64,000 nucleotides of DNA from Sulfurimonas sp. (GCA_027019335.1 JALUWV010000025.1:19048-83047), one strand, 5' to 3'; shown: positions 8,367-19,573, counted from the first letter of the stretch. Notes: generated by a model from the sequence alone, not told the origin. Made by a program: numbers and translations.

Positions 8367-9033
8367 CATCATATACCTTTTGCATTTTAATTCTTAATTC
8401 ATTCAGCCAATTTTTATCATCTTTATTTGCTATAAAAGGTTTCATAAAAATAACTGTTATATCTTTTGGTTTATAGTAAAAGCGTTTAATGTCATAACAA
8501 CTCGCTGTTTCTATGAGGACAATAGGCTGTACCTTGAGAGCATATTTATCAGCGATAACCTTTGCTCCTGACTTAAAGGGAAGCATTCTCCCTGTTCTTG
8601 AACGTGTTCCTTCTGGAAACATTGTGATAACTCTGTTTTTATCGAGTCTATCTTTTGCCGCATGCAGAAGCTTTATGAGCGATGTTTTACTCTCTCTTTC
8701 TACTTCTATATCTTCTGGAAGACTCATAGCAAGACCAAAAAATGGGACATCAAAAAGTGCTTTTTTTGCAACCCATGCTAAATCTTTTCTTGTGACTGTC
8801 TCCATAACCCCAATGTCTAAATCACTTTGATGGTTGATGAGAAACATTTGTGCATCACCCGCCTCAACTCCTTTTTTTGTTGTACGGAAAAAAATAGTGA
8901 GCCTAATAAGCCAAGCAGCAATTTTTCTTGCAAAGGGGCGAGGTAGGAGATAGTATAAAACAATAGAAAGTGTAAGCCCAACAAATATAATAGTAGTGGC
9001 TATAAACCAATTAATATGAGCAAATATCTTCAT
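8335..9033 (-). CDS. plsC: 1-acyl-sn-glycerol-3-phosphate acyltransferase
   Basis: NHQSDLD (HX4D) and FPEGTRS motifs. Confidence 0.9.
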   Translation of the reverse strand: MKIFAHINWFIATTIIFVGLTLSIVLYYLLPRPFARKIAAWLIRLTIFFRTTKKGVEAGDAQMFLINHQSDLDIGVMETVTRKDLAWVAKKALFDVPFFGLAMSLPEDIEVERESKTSLIKLLHAAKDRLDKNRVITMFPEGTRSRTGRMLPFKSGAKVIADKYALKVQPIVLIETASCYDIKRFYYKPKDITVIFMKPFIANKDDKNWLNELRIKMQKVYDDELANTLSHR

Positions 9034-10057
9034 TATTGACCCATCCTATTTTCTCATTTGTAAGTTTTATTTTTGTATAGCCTTTGGTACTTCCTTCTTT
9101 TGTAAGCATGAGTTTTGAAGTTGTTGTTTCAAAAATAGTTCCATTATCTACAGGTAAAAGATGCAATTTTGCACCTTCTTTGATACAAACTTCTTTTGCT
9201 GGTATTTCCATCCAAGCAATATAGGCAAGAGGAATAAGAATAAATATAAGATAAATATACTTTTTTCTCCACACTATAAATAACAAACCAACAAATGCAA
9301 TCCCCGCAGCAATCTCAACTTTCAGAAGTTCATGGGATTGGTCTTTTGGCTTTAAGTCACTTTGTGTCACAACACTATCATCATCAACAACGATAGGAAT
9401 TGAGAGTGAGAGAAATCTATTTTCTAGGAGATTAAAGTAAGAAAAAGAAAAGTTTTCAAGCTCTTTAGGAATAACAACATAGTATGTGAGTTTTGCTTTT
9501 TCATAAGAGTTGTTGAGTGATTCTATACCTTGTTTGAGAACATTTTTAAAATGTGTTACTTTGAGATAAGTATGCTCTCCTTGTAAACGAAAAAGTAAAA
9601 TATTGTTGTGATTGTCATAACTTGTTGTTTTGAAATCACTCAAAGAAAGTTTATTTGCAAGAATATTGGAAAAATCTTTTCTCGGATTAAGAGCAATGGC
9701 ATTGAGTTTCACTCCATGTAATATTGCTGTGTCATAATCTTGTGTATTTTTGAGTGAAGCAGTAACATCTGGAAGACGAGGGTATTTGCTTGTAACTAGA
9801 AAAGGAAATGTTTGATAGTTATACTTTCCAATTTTTTTTGTACTTCTGTTTTGTGAGAGTAGTTTTATACCTGCATAGTTGGAAAATTTATACTTTATTT
9901 GCGGATAATCTCTCACTGTAGAGAGAGATTTGATAGTAAAAGAAGAGAGTTCCCCTTGAATGACTCTTGCAGGTATTTTATCGTAGTTAATGTAGATAAC
10001 TTTATCTGCAAAAAGAGAAAATACAAAAAAGAGACTTACAAGAAGGAATTTTTTCAC
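9011..10057 (-). CDS. Conserved membrane/periplasmic hypothetical protein with C-terminal SH3-like domain
   Basis: Signal peptide, two TMs, C-terminal YTKIKLTNEKIGWV; sits between purQ and plsC as in other Campylobacterota. Confidence 0.7.
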   Translation of the reverse strand: MKKFLLVSLFFVFSLFADKVIYINYDKIPARVIQGELSSFTIKSLSTVRDYPQIKYKFSNYAGIKLLSQNRSTKKIGKYNYQTFPFLVTSKYPRLPDVTASLKNTQDYDTAILHGVKLNAIALNPRKDFSNILANKLSLSDFKTTSYDNHNNILLFRLQGEHTYLKVTHFKNVLKQGIESLNNSYEKAKLTYYVVIPKELENFSFSYFNLLENRFLSLSIPIVVDDDSVVTQSDLKPKDQSHELLKVEIAAGIAFVGLLFIVWRKKYIYLIFILIPLAYIAWMEIPAKEVCIKEGAKLHLLPVDNGTIFETTTSKLMLTKEGSTKGYTKIKLTNEKIGWVNNEDICSY

Positions 10058-10728
10058 GACTCTAAAAATCCTTGGAGCATCGCAACGCCATCATCACTTC
10101 CAAGAAGTGATTCCATCGCACGTTCAGGGTGAGGCATTAAACCAAAAACATTTTTTTCTTTGTTACATACACCAGCAATAGAATCTACACTTCCATTTGG
10201 ATTTAGGATTTCACCTTTCGCATCTGTATAACGAAGAAGAATTTGATTGTTCTCTTCTAACTCTTGAAGCCCTGCATCATCTATAAAATAGTTACCATCA
10301 TGGTGTGCAATAGGAACATTGACAACATCTCCTTTACTGAGCTTTTCTAAAAACGTATTGTCATTGTTCGCAACTTTAAGATGGTGGTGTTTAGATATAA
10401 AATGTAAACCCTCATTGCGTTTAAGCGCACCAGGGAGGAGACCCGCTTCTGTAAGGACTTGAAAACCATTACAAATACCAAGGACTTTTCCCCCTTTATC
10501 TGCATACGCACTAACAGCTTTCATCACAGGAGAAAATTTTGCAATAGCACCACTTCTGAGGTAGTCACCATAAGAAAAACCACCGGCTACAACAAGAAGA
10601 TTTGTATCTTCTGGAATATGCTCTGATTTATGCCAAACTATTTCAGTCTCTGCACCGAGTGTTTCAAAAGCATGTTGTGTGTCATACTCACAGTTAGTTC
10701 CAGGAAACTGTAAAATTGCTACTTTCAT
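10054..10728 (-). CDS. purQ: FGAM synthase glutaminase subunit
   Basis: FPGTNCEYD, GGFSYGDYLR, GICNGFQ, GLMPHPER. Confidence 0.98.
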   Translation of the reverse strand: MKVAILQFPGTNCEYDTQHAFETLGAETEIVWHKSEHIPEDTNLLVVAGGFSYGDYLRSGAIAKFSPVMKAVSAYADKGGKVLGICNGFQVLTEAGLLPGALKRNEGLHFISKHHHLKVANNDNTFLEKLSKGDVVNVPIAHHDGNYFIDDAGLQELEENNQILLRYTDAKGEILNPNGSVDSIAGVCNKEKNVFGLMPHPERAMESLLGSDDGVAMLQGFLES

Positions 10729-10967
10729 TAGTGAAGCTCTATCTTGTAATCTTCTATCACGGTATTGGCTAAAATCTCTTCACACATTTTCGTTACATCT
10801 GCCATTGCCTGTGTTTTGTCCTCTGTATCGAGTTGTAAAACGATTTGTTTACCGACACGAACATCCGTAACATTTGTAAATTTTAAAGAGTCAAGTGCAT
10901 GATGTACAGCTTTCCCTTGAGAGTCTAAAACACCTTGTTTTAATGATATATTTACTATTGCTGTCAT
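10728..10967 (-). CDS. purS: FGAM synthase PurS subunit
   Basis: LKQGVLDSQG, VRVGK, LANTVIEDY. Confidence 0.97.
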   Translation of the reverse strand: MTAIVNISLKQGVLDSQGKAVHHALDSLKFTNVTDVRVGKQIVLQLDTEDKTQAMADVTKMCEEILANTVIEDYKIELH

Positions 10968-10969
10968 TG

Positions 10970-11683
10970 CTATTTTCCTAAAATTCTATTTAATACTTGC
11001 TCGTAAGCAACTGTTAATCCACCAAGACCTTGACGGAATCTATCTTTATCCATTTTTTCACCACTTTCTACATCCCAAAAACGGCAATTATCAGGTGAAA
11101 TTTCATCTACCAAGATGATGTTTCCGCTTGCATCTTTTCCAAATTCGAGTTTGAAATCAACAAGGTTAAGTCCTTTTTCTTGAAAGTAAGGGCGTAAAAT
11201 ATCATTGACTTGACGTGCCATACGACGGAGTTTGTCTAACTCATCTTGATGTTCTACAAGTTCGAGTATGAGTGCATGTTGGTCATTGAGTTTTGGGTCG
11301 CCTAAGTCATCATTTTTGTAATCAAACTCTACAAGTGTAAATGGAAGTACTTTACCATCTTCAATGCCAAGGTTACGAGAAAGGGAACCAGTAGCGATAT
11401 TACGAACGATAACTTCTATAAGAATAACATCCACTTTTGTGTGGAGCATATGATTGTCATCAATCATCTTTACGAAGTGTGTTGGAATACCATTGGCTTC
11501 AAGGAGTTTGAAAAGTTCTGTTGAGATTTTATTGTTCAACGCACCTTTGCCTGCTTCACTTGACTTCTTCTCGCCATTAAACGCAGTTAAGTCATCTTTA
11601 AATTCTGAAATTACTAGATTTTCATCATCCGTGAGGAAAAGTCTTTTTGCTTTTCCTTCGTAAAGTAATTCTCTTTTTTCCAT
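10970..11683 (-). CDS. purC: SAICAR synthase
   Basis: [34 protein letters not shown]. Confidence 0.98.
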   Translation of the reverse strand: MEKRELLYEGKAKRLFLTDDENLVISEFKDDLTAFNGEKKSSEAGKGALNNKISTELFKLLEANGIPTHFVKMIDDNHMLHTKVDVILIEVIVRNIATGSLSRNLGIEDGKVLPFTLVEFDYKNDDLGDPKLNDQHALILELVEHQDELDKLRRMARQVNDILRPYFQEKGLNLVDFKLEFGKDASGNIILVDEISPDNCRFWDVESGEKMDKDRFRQGLGGLTVAYEQVLNRILGK

Positions 11684-11691
11684 AGTAAGAT

Positions 11692-12999
11692 TTATCCTTT
11701 TATAATTGCTAACGCCTTAATAATATCCACCCCTTCTTTGAGTTGTATATCTTTGTTAAGCATTTCTGGTGTAATTATATCTTTATTTGCTTTTTTATCT
11801 TCTTTATCTGCCTTCTTTTTTCCATCAACTTTAGCAAGTTCTTTTTTAAGATGCTCTTTTAGGTCTGCTTCTTTGATGGCAAACTCATTTTTATGGGTTG
11901 TTACTTCACCTGCTGTTACACTAATGTCAGGTGTGACACCTACCGCTTGAATCGTTCTTCCACTTGGTAAATAGTATCTTGCGATAGTGAGTTTGATAGC
12001 TTCTGTTTTTGTGATAGGTAAAACAACTTGAACACTTCCTTTTCCAAATGTTTTTTCTCCGACTAAAACAGCCCGTTTATGGTCTTGTAAGGCACCACTT
12101 ACGATTTCACTCGCACTTGCACTTCCTCCATTGACAAGAACCACCATCGGTACTTTTGTGATAGTAGTACTTGTAGTGGCTGAGTAGACTTTCTCATCTT
12201 TTGCTTCTCGCCCTTTTTGTGAAACGATAGGTCCTTTGTCAACAAAAAGGTCTACGACATCTATCGCTTGGTCGAGTAATCCACCTGGGTTATTCCGTAG
12301 GTCAAGGATAATCCCTTTTGTATTTTTATGTGCAAGGATAGCTTTTTTGACATCCTTTGCAACTTTTTGGTCAAAACTTGCAATTCTGATATATAAAATA
12401 TCATCGCCGATTGTTTTTGCATGGACAGATTCTATAGTAATCACACCACGAACAATATGCACTTTAAGTGGTTTGACTTCACCTGCACGCACAATGGTAA
12501 CATCGATAGGGTCGCCCACTTTTCCACGCATAAGTGAAACAGCTTCGTCTATCGTCATTCCAATAGTTGAGTTGTTATCAATCTTGAGGATGATGTCTTT
12601 TGCTTTGAGTCCCGCTTTGTCCGCAGGAGTACCATCTATAGGAGAAATGACAGTCAGCGCACCATCTTTCATGCCTACAGTGATTCCAAGTCCTCCAAAC
12701 TCTCCTTTTGTTTGTACTTGCAGACTTTTATAATCTTTTGCAGTGAGGTAGTTTGAGTGGGCATCAAGATTTTTCATCATGCCATCTAAAGCTTTGTCAA
12801 TAAGTTGTTCAATAGTAGGTTTATCTACATCGTACTGCTCTACAATGCTTAAAACTTTTGTAAATTTTGTCAGTGCCTCAAGGCGTGAGCTTTCAGTTGA
12901 TTTTGTAGGTGTCTCTGCAAAGAGATTTGAGGTCAAAAGAAGAGAGAAAGCGATAGCAATCGAAGCAAAACCGAGGGTAATATAGCGTTTATTTTTCAT
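11692..12999 (-). CDS. ctpA: S41 carboxyl-terminal processing protease (PDZ)
   Basis: [40 protein letters not shown]. Confidence 0.93.
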   Translation of the reverse strand: MKNKRYITLGFASIAIAFSLLLTSNLFAETPTKSTESSRLEALTKFTKVLSIVEQYDVDKPTIEQLIDKALDGMMKNLDAHSNYLTAKDYKSLQVQTKGEFGGLGITVGMKDGALTVISPIDGTPADKAGLKAKDIILKIDNNSTIGMTIDEAVSLMRGKVGDPIDVTIVRAGEVKPLKVHIVRGVITIESVHAKTIGDDILYIRIASFDQKVAKDVKKAILAHKNTKGIILDLRNNPGGLLDQAIDVVDLFVDKGPIVSQKGREAKDEKVYSATTSTTITKVPMVVLVNGGSASASEIVSGALQDHKRAVLVGEKTFGKGSVQVVLPITKTEAIKLTIARYYLPSGRTIQAVGVTPDISVTAGEVTTHKNEFAIKEADLKEHLKKELAKVDGKKKADKEDKKANKDIITPEMLNKDIQLKEGVDIIKALAIIKG

Positions 13000-13107
13000 T
13001 GTTTATCCAAGTGTGATTTTAGTAGGGACATTATAGCGATACTTATTAAATGCTAAATAACTTTTGAGTATAATGCGAAATAAAGATAAAGCTAAGGGTT
13101 TTAAGGG

Positions 13108-13623
13108 ATGAAAAATATTATTTTAATCGGATTTATGGGAGTAGGTAAGGGAAGTGTCGCACGCGAAGTGGCTCAAAACTCTTCTTATATGACGATAGAT
13201 ACTGATGACTTAATCGAAAGTATGGAAAACAAAAAGATTAAAAAGATTTTTGAGCAAGAGGGTGAAAAGTACTTTAGAAGTTTAGAAAAAAAAGTGGCTT
13301 TATGGTTAGAAAAAAATGTGCAAAATACTTTGATTTCTACAGGTGGTGGCTTTTATAAACAAAAAAATATCAAAAAAATAGCAACTGTCGTTTTTTTGGA
13401 CTCTCCTTTTGATGAAATTATCAAAAGAATTAAAAAACATCCCAATGCACAAAACAAGCTCAAAAAGAGACCTTTACTTCAAGATTTGGAAAAGGCAAAA
13501 GAACTCTATGACTTACGAAGACCTGAGTATTTAAAACTTTCTGATATAGTGATAGATGTAACAAAAAAGAGTGCGCAAGACTGCTCTAAAGAATTACTTA
13601 AAAAGGTAAAAAAATATGCGTAA
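13108..13623 (+). CDS. aroK: Shikimate kinase
   Basis: GFMGVGKG P-loop, GEKYFR, STGGG, RPLL. Confidence 0.95.
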   Translation: MKNIILIGFMGVGKGSVAREVAQNSSYMTIDTDDLIESMENKKIKKIFEQEGEKYFRSLEKKVALWLEKNVQNTLISTGGGFYKQKNIKKIATVVFLDSPFDEIIKRIKKHPNAQNKLKKRPLLQDLEKAKELYDLRRPEYLKLSDIVIDVTKKSAQDCSKELLKKVKKYA

Positions 13624-14047
13624 AATAGTGCTATATGGACTGCTTCTTTTAGCGACTTCGCTTTTTGCAGAGGGCATTCACTGGGCGAAAGATTATGAGT
13701 CAGGTATCAAGCAAGCCATAAAGGAGAAAAAACCTGTAATGTTTGTTATCTCTCGTCATACTTGTCAATACTGTGTGATTTTAGAAGAAAAAACTTTTTC
13801 AGATAAGCGAGTGATTGAAAGACTCAACAAAGATTATATCTCGATTATCTCTTATACGGATGAGCAAGATTATATACCGTATGGAATGTTCACAGGTGGT
13901 ACACCAACAACATGGTTTTTAAATTCAGATGGAACACCGATGTTCTCTCCCGTTTCAGGAGCAAGACCTCCAAAAGCTTATATGTATGCACTACAAGTAG
14001 TGCAAGATAAATTTGACAAAATTAATAAAAATGGAAAAAAGAAATGA
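13616..14047 (+). CDS. Periplasmic thioredoxin-fold protein (SoxW/DsbH-like)
   Basis: Signal peptide, CQYC motif, GTPTTWF cis-Pro loop. Confidence 0.8.
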   Translation: MRKIVLYGLLLLATSLFAEGIHWAKDYESGIKQAIKEKKPVMFVISRHTCQYCVILEEKTFSDKRVIERLNKDYISIISYTDEQDYIPYGMFTGGTPTTWFLNSDGTPMFSPVSGARPPKAYMYALQVVQDKFDKINKNGKKK

Positions 14048-15339
14048 TATTTGTAAATGTAAAAGATGCTAATTTTGAAGCCAATTTTGAGGAACTCTTA
14101 GGTCGTGGTAAGATGGATATGGCACAGGTAAGCCAAATCGTTGGTGGGATTATAGAAGAGATTAAGCAAGATAAAAATACTGCACTTAAAGGGCATATTG
14201 AGAAGTTTGACAAATGGACACCGAAGAGTGATGATGACTTGAAAATTTCTACCGATTCTATGCAAGTGGCTTATGAAAACATCGATAAAAACCTTCGTGA
14301 TGCACTCCACTTAGCATACGATAGAATTAAAGCCTATCATCAAAAACAAAAACCAAAATCGTGGTTTGATACAGAAGCAAACGGAACGATTCTTGGACAA
14401 AAAGTTACAGCAGTAGATAGTGCAGGGCTTTACATCCCAGGGGGAAAAGCGGCATACCCTTCTTCATTGCTTATGAATGTCATTCCTGCACAAGTAGCAG
14501 GAGTAGAGGAGATTGTGGTTTGTACACCAACTCCAGACAATGAGCCAAATGAACTCCTTCTTGCGGCTTGTCATCTTTGTGGTGTGAGTGAAGTCTATAA
14601 GGTTGGAGGGGCGAGTGCTATTGCTGCAATGGCTTATGGGACAGAGACCATTCCTAAAGTAGATGTGATTACTGGGCCTGGAAATATTTTTGTGGCAACA
14701 GCGAAAAAAATGGTTTTTGGTGAAGTAAACATTGACATGATAGCCGGACCAAGTGAGATAGGTGTTTTAGCAGATGAAAGTGCCAATGCAAATCACTTAG
14801 CGATAGATTTGCTCTCTCAAGCAGAACATGATGAGATGGCAAGTTCTATTTTAATCACACCTTCTCAGAAGTTAGCAGATGAGGTAAAAGTAGAGATAGA
14901 AAATTGGTTAGTGAAATTACCTCGTCAAGAGATAGCACGAAAAAGCATTGAAGAACGTGGTGCTATCATCGTAACAAATAGCATGGAAGAAGCAATAGTC
15001 TTGATGAATAAAATTGCTCCTGAACATTTAGAAGTCGCAACACTCAGCCCTTTTGAACTTTTACCGCTTATAAAACATGCAGGTGCTATTTTCCTTGGAC
15101 ACAACACTCCTGAAGCGATAGGCGATTATGTAGCAGGACCAAACCATACTCTCCCCACAGGAGGCACAGCGAAATTTTACTCTCCTCTAGGTGTAGAGAA
15201 TTTTATGAAAAAAAGTTCTATCATTTCATTTAGTAAAAATGCTATCAATGAGATAGGTGAAGAGTGTGCATTAATCGCAAATACTGAAGGCTTAACGGCT
15301 CATGAACAGTCCGTGAGAGTACGATTGGATTTAATGTGA
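14044..15339 (+). CDS. hisD: Histidinol dehydrogenase
   Basis: GLYIPGGKAAYPSS, IDMIAGPSE, LSQAEHD, IAPEHLE, GPNHTLPT. Confidence 0.98.
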   Translation: MIFVNVKDANFEANFEELLGRGKMDMAQVSQIVGGIIEEIKQDKNTALKGHIEKFDKWTPKSDDDLKISTDSMQVAYENIDKNLRDALHLAYDRIKAYHQKQKPKSWFDTEANGTILGQKVTAVDSAGLYIPGGKAAYPSSLLMNVIPAQVAGVEEIVVCTPTPDNEPNELLLAACHLCGVSEVYKVGGASAIAAMAYGTETIPKVDVITGPGNIFVATAKKMVFGEVNIDMIAGPSEIGVLADESANANHLAIDLLSQAEHDEMASSILITPSQKLADEVKVEIENWLVKLPRQEIARKSIEERGAIIVTNSMEEAIVLMNKIAPEHLEVATLSPFELLPLIKHAGAIFLGHNTPEAIGDYVAGPNHTLPTGGTAKFYSPLGVENFMKKSSIISFSKNAINEIGEECALIANTEGLTAHEQSVRVRLDLM

Positions 15340-15354
15340 GATAAACTACTTCGT

Positions 15355-15375
15355 CCTCGCATTTGCGAGGTTTAA
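15355..15375. terminator. GC-rich hairpin between convergent hisD and the rpn-like gene
   Basis: CCTCGCA-TT-TGCGAGG followed by TTTAA. Confidence 0.5.
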
Positions 15376-15383
15376 TATGTCGT

Positions 15384-16280
15384 CTATGTATTTCTTAAAT
15401 TTTTAATAAAATCTGTATGAAGTCCTGTTTTTAGGGATATTGTTTTGTCATCTAAAATCTCTAAGAGATTTTTAGCAATATTGATTTTTTCTTGTTCAAT
15501 TCCTTGTTCAATTCCTTTCTCTATCCCCTCTTTTAATCCATCAATTTTACCTACTACATAAGTAGATTCATAAGCACTCGCTTGGTCATGAAGTGATTTT
15601 TGATACCTCTCGTACTCTGCTCTTTCCTCATCATCCATTTTGAGGTAGTCTAATGTTTCTTTAGCTTTTAATAATCCTTTTGCTTTTGGATTTTCAGGTA
15701 TCTCTTCATTCTTTAAAAAGTTAATCCATTCATCTAAACTGTCTTTTGCATTATTATCAAAGTTTTTTATTTTGATAAGATAGTATTCAGGATATATATT
15801 TTCAACATTATCTACTTTGTATAACTCTTTTTGCTTTTCATTGAGTTTTAGTTGTGTATGTTTATGTAGACCTATAAAGTTTGTAGTTCCTTTATAAATA
15901 TAATCATCTCCATCTCCAAAGTCAAAATATAAAATAGATATGGATATGATTTTAGTAACTTTTGCATAAGAATCAGACTCTTTCATATGTTCAGAAATAG
16001 CTTTACTAGAAGCATATAAAATTCTTTGGAGATAGTCCATTTCTCTATCGTATTGGATTTCTATAAGAACTATCTCTTGCTTTTGGTTTTTAACTTTTAT
16101 ATCAAGGCGATTAAATTTGTCATTTTTTAAATCTTGGTTTGATTCAGACTCTAAAACCTCTAAGATAGTTATATCTTCTTTGAGAAGTTCAGATAAAAAA
16201 CCTTCTAAGATATCAAAGTTAGCTTTACTTCTTAGGATTCTTTTTATTGCCCAATCAAATGAGATAAGTTTTCTTTGCAT
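15384..16280 (-). CDS. Rpn-family recombination-promoting nuclease / PD-(D/E)XK putative transposase
   Basis: SFDWAIKRIL, RLDIK...IEIQ (PD-(D/E)XK), C-terminal EGIEKGIEQGIEQEKINIAKNLL repeats; visibly more AT-rich than its neighbours. Confidence 0.9.
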   Translation of the reverse strand: MQRKLISFDWAIKRILRSKANFDILEGFLSELLKEDITILEVLESESNQDLKNDKFNRLDIKVKNQKQEIVLIEIQYDREMDYLQRILYASSKAISEHMKESDSYAKVTKIISISILYFDFGDGDDYIYKGTTNFIGLHKHTQLKLNEKQKELYKVDNVENIYPEYYLIKIKNFDNNAKDSLDEWINFLKNEEIPENPKAKGLLKAKETLDYLKMDDEERAEYERYQKSLHDQASAYESTYVVGKIDGLKEGIEKGIEQGIEQEKINIAKNLLEILDDKTISLKTGLHTDFIKNLRNT

Positions 16281-16319
16281 TTATTTTCCTTGATATATAT
16301 TACATTGTATATTCAAATA

Positions 16320-17090
16320 CTAATCTAGCTCCAAACAATCACTAATAGAGTAAATTCCAGCTTCTTTATCTGCGAGCCATTTTGCAGCACGGAGGGCGCC
16401 TTTACTGAAGGTGCTTCTTGAAGTGGCTGTGTGGTTGAGTTCTATGAATTCTCCTTCATTGTAAAAGCCAACAGTATGACGACCGACAATGTCTCCGCCA
16501 CGAAGTGCCATAACTGAGATTTCATCTTCTGTTCGTTCACCGATGTTGCCATCTCTTCCACTTACACGGACTTTATTTATGTCAAGATTTCTTCCTGCAG
16601 CTGCTGATTCACTGAGGGTAAGTGCTGTGCCACTTGGTGCATCTTTTTTATGTCTATGGTGCATCTCTACTATCTCTATGTCAAAACCTTCAAGTGCTGC
16701 TGAGGCTTGGTAAACAAGTTTGTTTAAAAGCGCAACACCTAGAGACATGTTGGTAGCATAGAGTACTGGCATAATTTCACTTGCTTGCTTGAGTAAGTTT
16801 AATTGATGTTGGCTTAATCCTGTTGTTCCTATGACCAATGGCTTGGGTGTTTTGATAGCTTGTTCTAAAAGGATTTCACACGCTTCAGGCAGTGAAAAAT
16901 CAATCACAATATCACAAGCACTTAAAAATGCTTTCATCTCTGAAGTAACTAAAACAGAAGGGTCAATAGTAAAATCTAAGCTATTGCGTACATATACACT
17001 GCTAAGGCTCATTCCCTCTGCATCTTTTAAATTTTCTAAAAGAAGTTTGCCAACTCTACCACTTGCTCCAAATACACCTACTTTAATCAT
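16320..17090 (-). CDS. dapB: 4-hydroxy-tetrahydrodipicolinate reductase
   Basis: [31 protein letters not shown]. Confidence 0.98.
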   Translation of the reverse strand: MIKVGVFGASGRVGKLLLENLKDAEGMSLSSVYVRNSLDFTIDPSVLVTSEMKAFLSACDIVIDFSLPEACEILLEQAIKTPKPLVIGTTGLSQHQLNLLKQASEIMPVLYATNMSLGVALLNKLVYQASAALEGFDIEIVEMHHRHKKDAPSGTALTLSESAAAGRNLDINKVRVSGRDGNIGERTEDEISVMALRGGDIVGRHTVGFYNEGEFIELNHTATSRSTFSKGALRAAKWLADKEAGIYSISDCLELD

Positions 17091-17131
17091 TTTCATCCCT
17101 TCTATTTATTTTTTGATATGATACCAAAAAA

Positions 17132-19573
17132 TCATTGTACATTGGCTTGAATTTGGAGAAGCTTCTTGATGATATTTTTCATAATTTTATTGTAAATTTT
17201 TGGATTTTCATCTAAGAAGTCTCGAAACTCTTTTTTTGAGATAGTGAGAAGTTTAACATCTTGGAGTACTTTGATGGAAACTGTGCGTTTGGTATCTCCG
17301 ATGAGTGCTATATCTCCAAAATAATCTCTATCCCCTAAAGTATTGACTCGTTTTTCGTCAACTTCCACAGCTACTTTTCCTTGAATCAAGATAAAGAGTG
17401 TATCGCCAACACCTCCTTGTCGGATGATATACTCTTTTTTTGAAAATCTTTGTACCTTTGCTGATTCTGCTAAACTTTTGAGATCATAGAGTCTGATATC
17501 GTCAAATATGGAGACCGAACTGAGGTACATCATACGTTCATAAAGGGTAAGGTTTTCTGTAGCATTGAGAATCTTTGTTGCAAGTTCATTGACTTCACTA
17601 TGAACATCGAGTAAAAATCTATCTAAAGATATATTTTTGATGGCTCTTTTGTATTTGTAAAAGGAGCAGAGTAGAGAGGCGGTTGCTATTTCTATGGATT
17701 TGTACTCTACTAGTTTTGGGATGATGATACGATTTGTTGTATTGTTTGGTGCTGTTTTTTCAAAAAATCGAGAGTGAAGGAGAAGCATTTTTTGCTGAAT
17801 TGTACTATCCATAAAAGCTAATGTTTGTTCATTTATCTCAAAATTATCAGGAACTTGATACCCTTTTGCCATATTGAGAAGATTTTGCAGAATTGGATTA
17901 TGGTCTTTATAAATGACAAAGAGCAGAGAGAAAAGTTTTCGTGTAAATACTCTAAATTGGCTTTGAATAATATATATTAAAAATATGATTTCTCGGGAGT
18001 CATCATTGTAAATAGACTTTTTAATCTCTATCAACTCATCCAATCTTTCGAGAAGGTTGAGTATGTCATCATGCACCTTCTCCTCCGTGTTGAAGATTGT
18101 GTGCATAATCTCTTTATGTTCATTATCTGTGATTTGAAATTGACTTTGAAGTGAACGGATATAATCTATCTCGAGTTCTGTATGGCTATCGAGTGCTTTG
18201 AGAATCATGCCTTTATAGCTCTCAACTTGATGTCTTTTTTCAGAAGATTTTTCAAAATTATCTTCAAATATTTTTTCATTTTTAAGTTGAATACTACGGA
18301 TAATATTAAAGTGGTCTTTTTTTGAAATCCCCATTTGTTCTCTGAGCTTTTCAAGGCTAACAAGAGAATTTTCATCTAAAATACCATCATAAAGTAACTC
18401 TTCAATACTCTCTTTATAGGTATTTAAAATATCTTTTTTATTTTTCGTTTCATTGATATAGCGAAAATAAATCTCTTTTAAATCACTTGGGATTTCTTTG
18501 GCTTTATCCCATTTTTTGATGATTTTTAAGGCAAATCTTTCTTGGAGTAAATCCATCTCTTTTCTATAAAATTCTTTATAGAGTAAGATTGAGGAGATGG
18601 CAACAATCATAAAGTATAAAATGGAGTAAAGAAATGGGTATTTGCTATAAGAGGGCGCACCTGCAAAAAGATAAAAGGTATTAAACGCCACAAAAGAGCT
18701 GACTGCATTCATGCGGTGTTTGAGTGTGATAAAGTCAAGATTTTTTATAAGCTGCTTTTTCCATATATATTTTTCTATGCCTAAAAATACGCCAAAACTT
18801 ACAAGTGCAAAAAATGCAAGTGTTAAAGGGGCTGCAACAAGAACGGGGATAAAAGGAGCAAAGTAAAACCCTTCTGAAAACAAGGAGAGGTGAATAGCCG
18901 TCCAATCTCCGCTAAAGTAGTAGGAAAAACTCCCTGATTGGAGGTAAAAGTAGAGATAAAATCCTAAAATGAGTCCACTAAAGGAGTAAAAAGCGAAACT
19001 TTTTTGTTGGTTCATATTGGATTTCCAGTAGTTGCTTTCCATATCAATGTCGGGACAGTTTCTTGTACAAGCAGTACAGGTCGAGCAGGCAGAATTTCTT
19101 ATATAATTACTTGCATTGGAGAGACAGTAAATACGCTCTACCACACCAACAGGACAAAAATAATTACACCAACTCTTTCCTGTGTAAAAGAGATTTGTCA
19201 TAAAGGCAGCAAAAAAGATAAAAACAAAAAATCCAAGGAGATAGAAGTGATTAAAATTGAGAATAGTTAAACGGAGTGTCAAGGCTAAAAAAAGAGAAAA
19301 GTACTGAATGAGATAGAGATTAGACTCAACCCACTTGGGAACTTTTTTTTTCTTAAACCAATTAATCCTTTGCGAGATTTTAGAAACTTCAGCGAGCGGA
19401 CAACTATTTCGCCATCGTGAAAAGCCAATGAGTACAATAAAAATAGGGAGAAGTGGTACCACAATCGTCCAGACAAGTGTGGTAGTGTTCTCAAAAAGAA
19501 AAAAGAGGGGAACACTTAGGAGTAAAATAAGAACTAAAAATAAATCTGTTTTATTTTTCCATAGGTGTGTCAT
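17132..19573 (-). CDS. Polytopic membrane Fe-S protein (NapH/NosR-like 4Fe-4S binding) fused to a C-terminal cyclic-nucleotide-binding domain
   Basis: WRNSCPLA, WCNYFCPVG and CSTCTACTRNCP motifs; ~8-9 TMs; C-terminal IIRQGGVGD..LFILIQG..YFGDIALI..KRTVSI cNMP fold. Likely start MTHLW at 19573. Confidence 0.8.
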   Translation of the reverse strand: MTHLWKNKTDLFLVLILLLSVPLFFLFENTTTLVWTIVVPLLPIFIVLIGFSRWRNSCPLAEVSKISQRINWFKKKKVPKWVESNLYLIQYFSLFLALTLRLTILNFNHFYLLGFFVFIFFAAFMTNLFYTGKSWCNYFCPVGVVERIYCLSNASNYIRNSACSTCTACTRNCPDIDMESNYWKSNMNQQKSFAFYSFSGLILGFYLYFYLQSGSFSYYFSGDWTAIHLSLFSEGFYFAPFIPVLVAAPLTLAFFALVSFGVFLGIEKYIWKKQLIKNLDFITLKHRMNAVSSFVAFNTFYLFAGAPSYSKYPFLYSILYFMIVAISSILLYKEFYRKEMDLLQERFALKIIKKWDKAKEIPSDLKEIYFRYINETKNKKDILNTYKESIEELLYDGILDENSLVSLEKLREQMGISKKDHFNIIRSIQLKNEKIFEDNFEKSSEKRHQVESYKGMILKALDSHTELEIDYIRSLQSQFQITDNEHKEIMHTIFNTEEKVHDDILNLLERLDELIEIKKSIYNDDSREIIFLIYIIQSQFRVFTRKLFSLLFVIYKDHNPILQNLLNMAKGYQVPDNFEINEQTLAFMDSTIQQKMLLLHSRFFEKTAPNNTTNRIIIPKLVEYKSIEIATASLLCSFYKYKRAIKNISLDRFLLDVHSEVNELATKILNATENLTLYERMMYLSSVSIFDDIRLYDLKSLAESAKVQRFSKKEYIIRQGGVGDTLFILIQGKVAVEVDEKRVNTLGDRDYFGDIALIGDTKRTVSIKVLQDVKLLTISKKEFRDFLDENPKIYNKIMKNIIKKLLQIQANVQ

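Noticed and set aside
8366-8450. Fluoride riboswitch upstream of crcB
   Set aside because: crcB overlaps plsC at the end of an operon; there is no leader and no recognisable motif.
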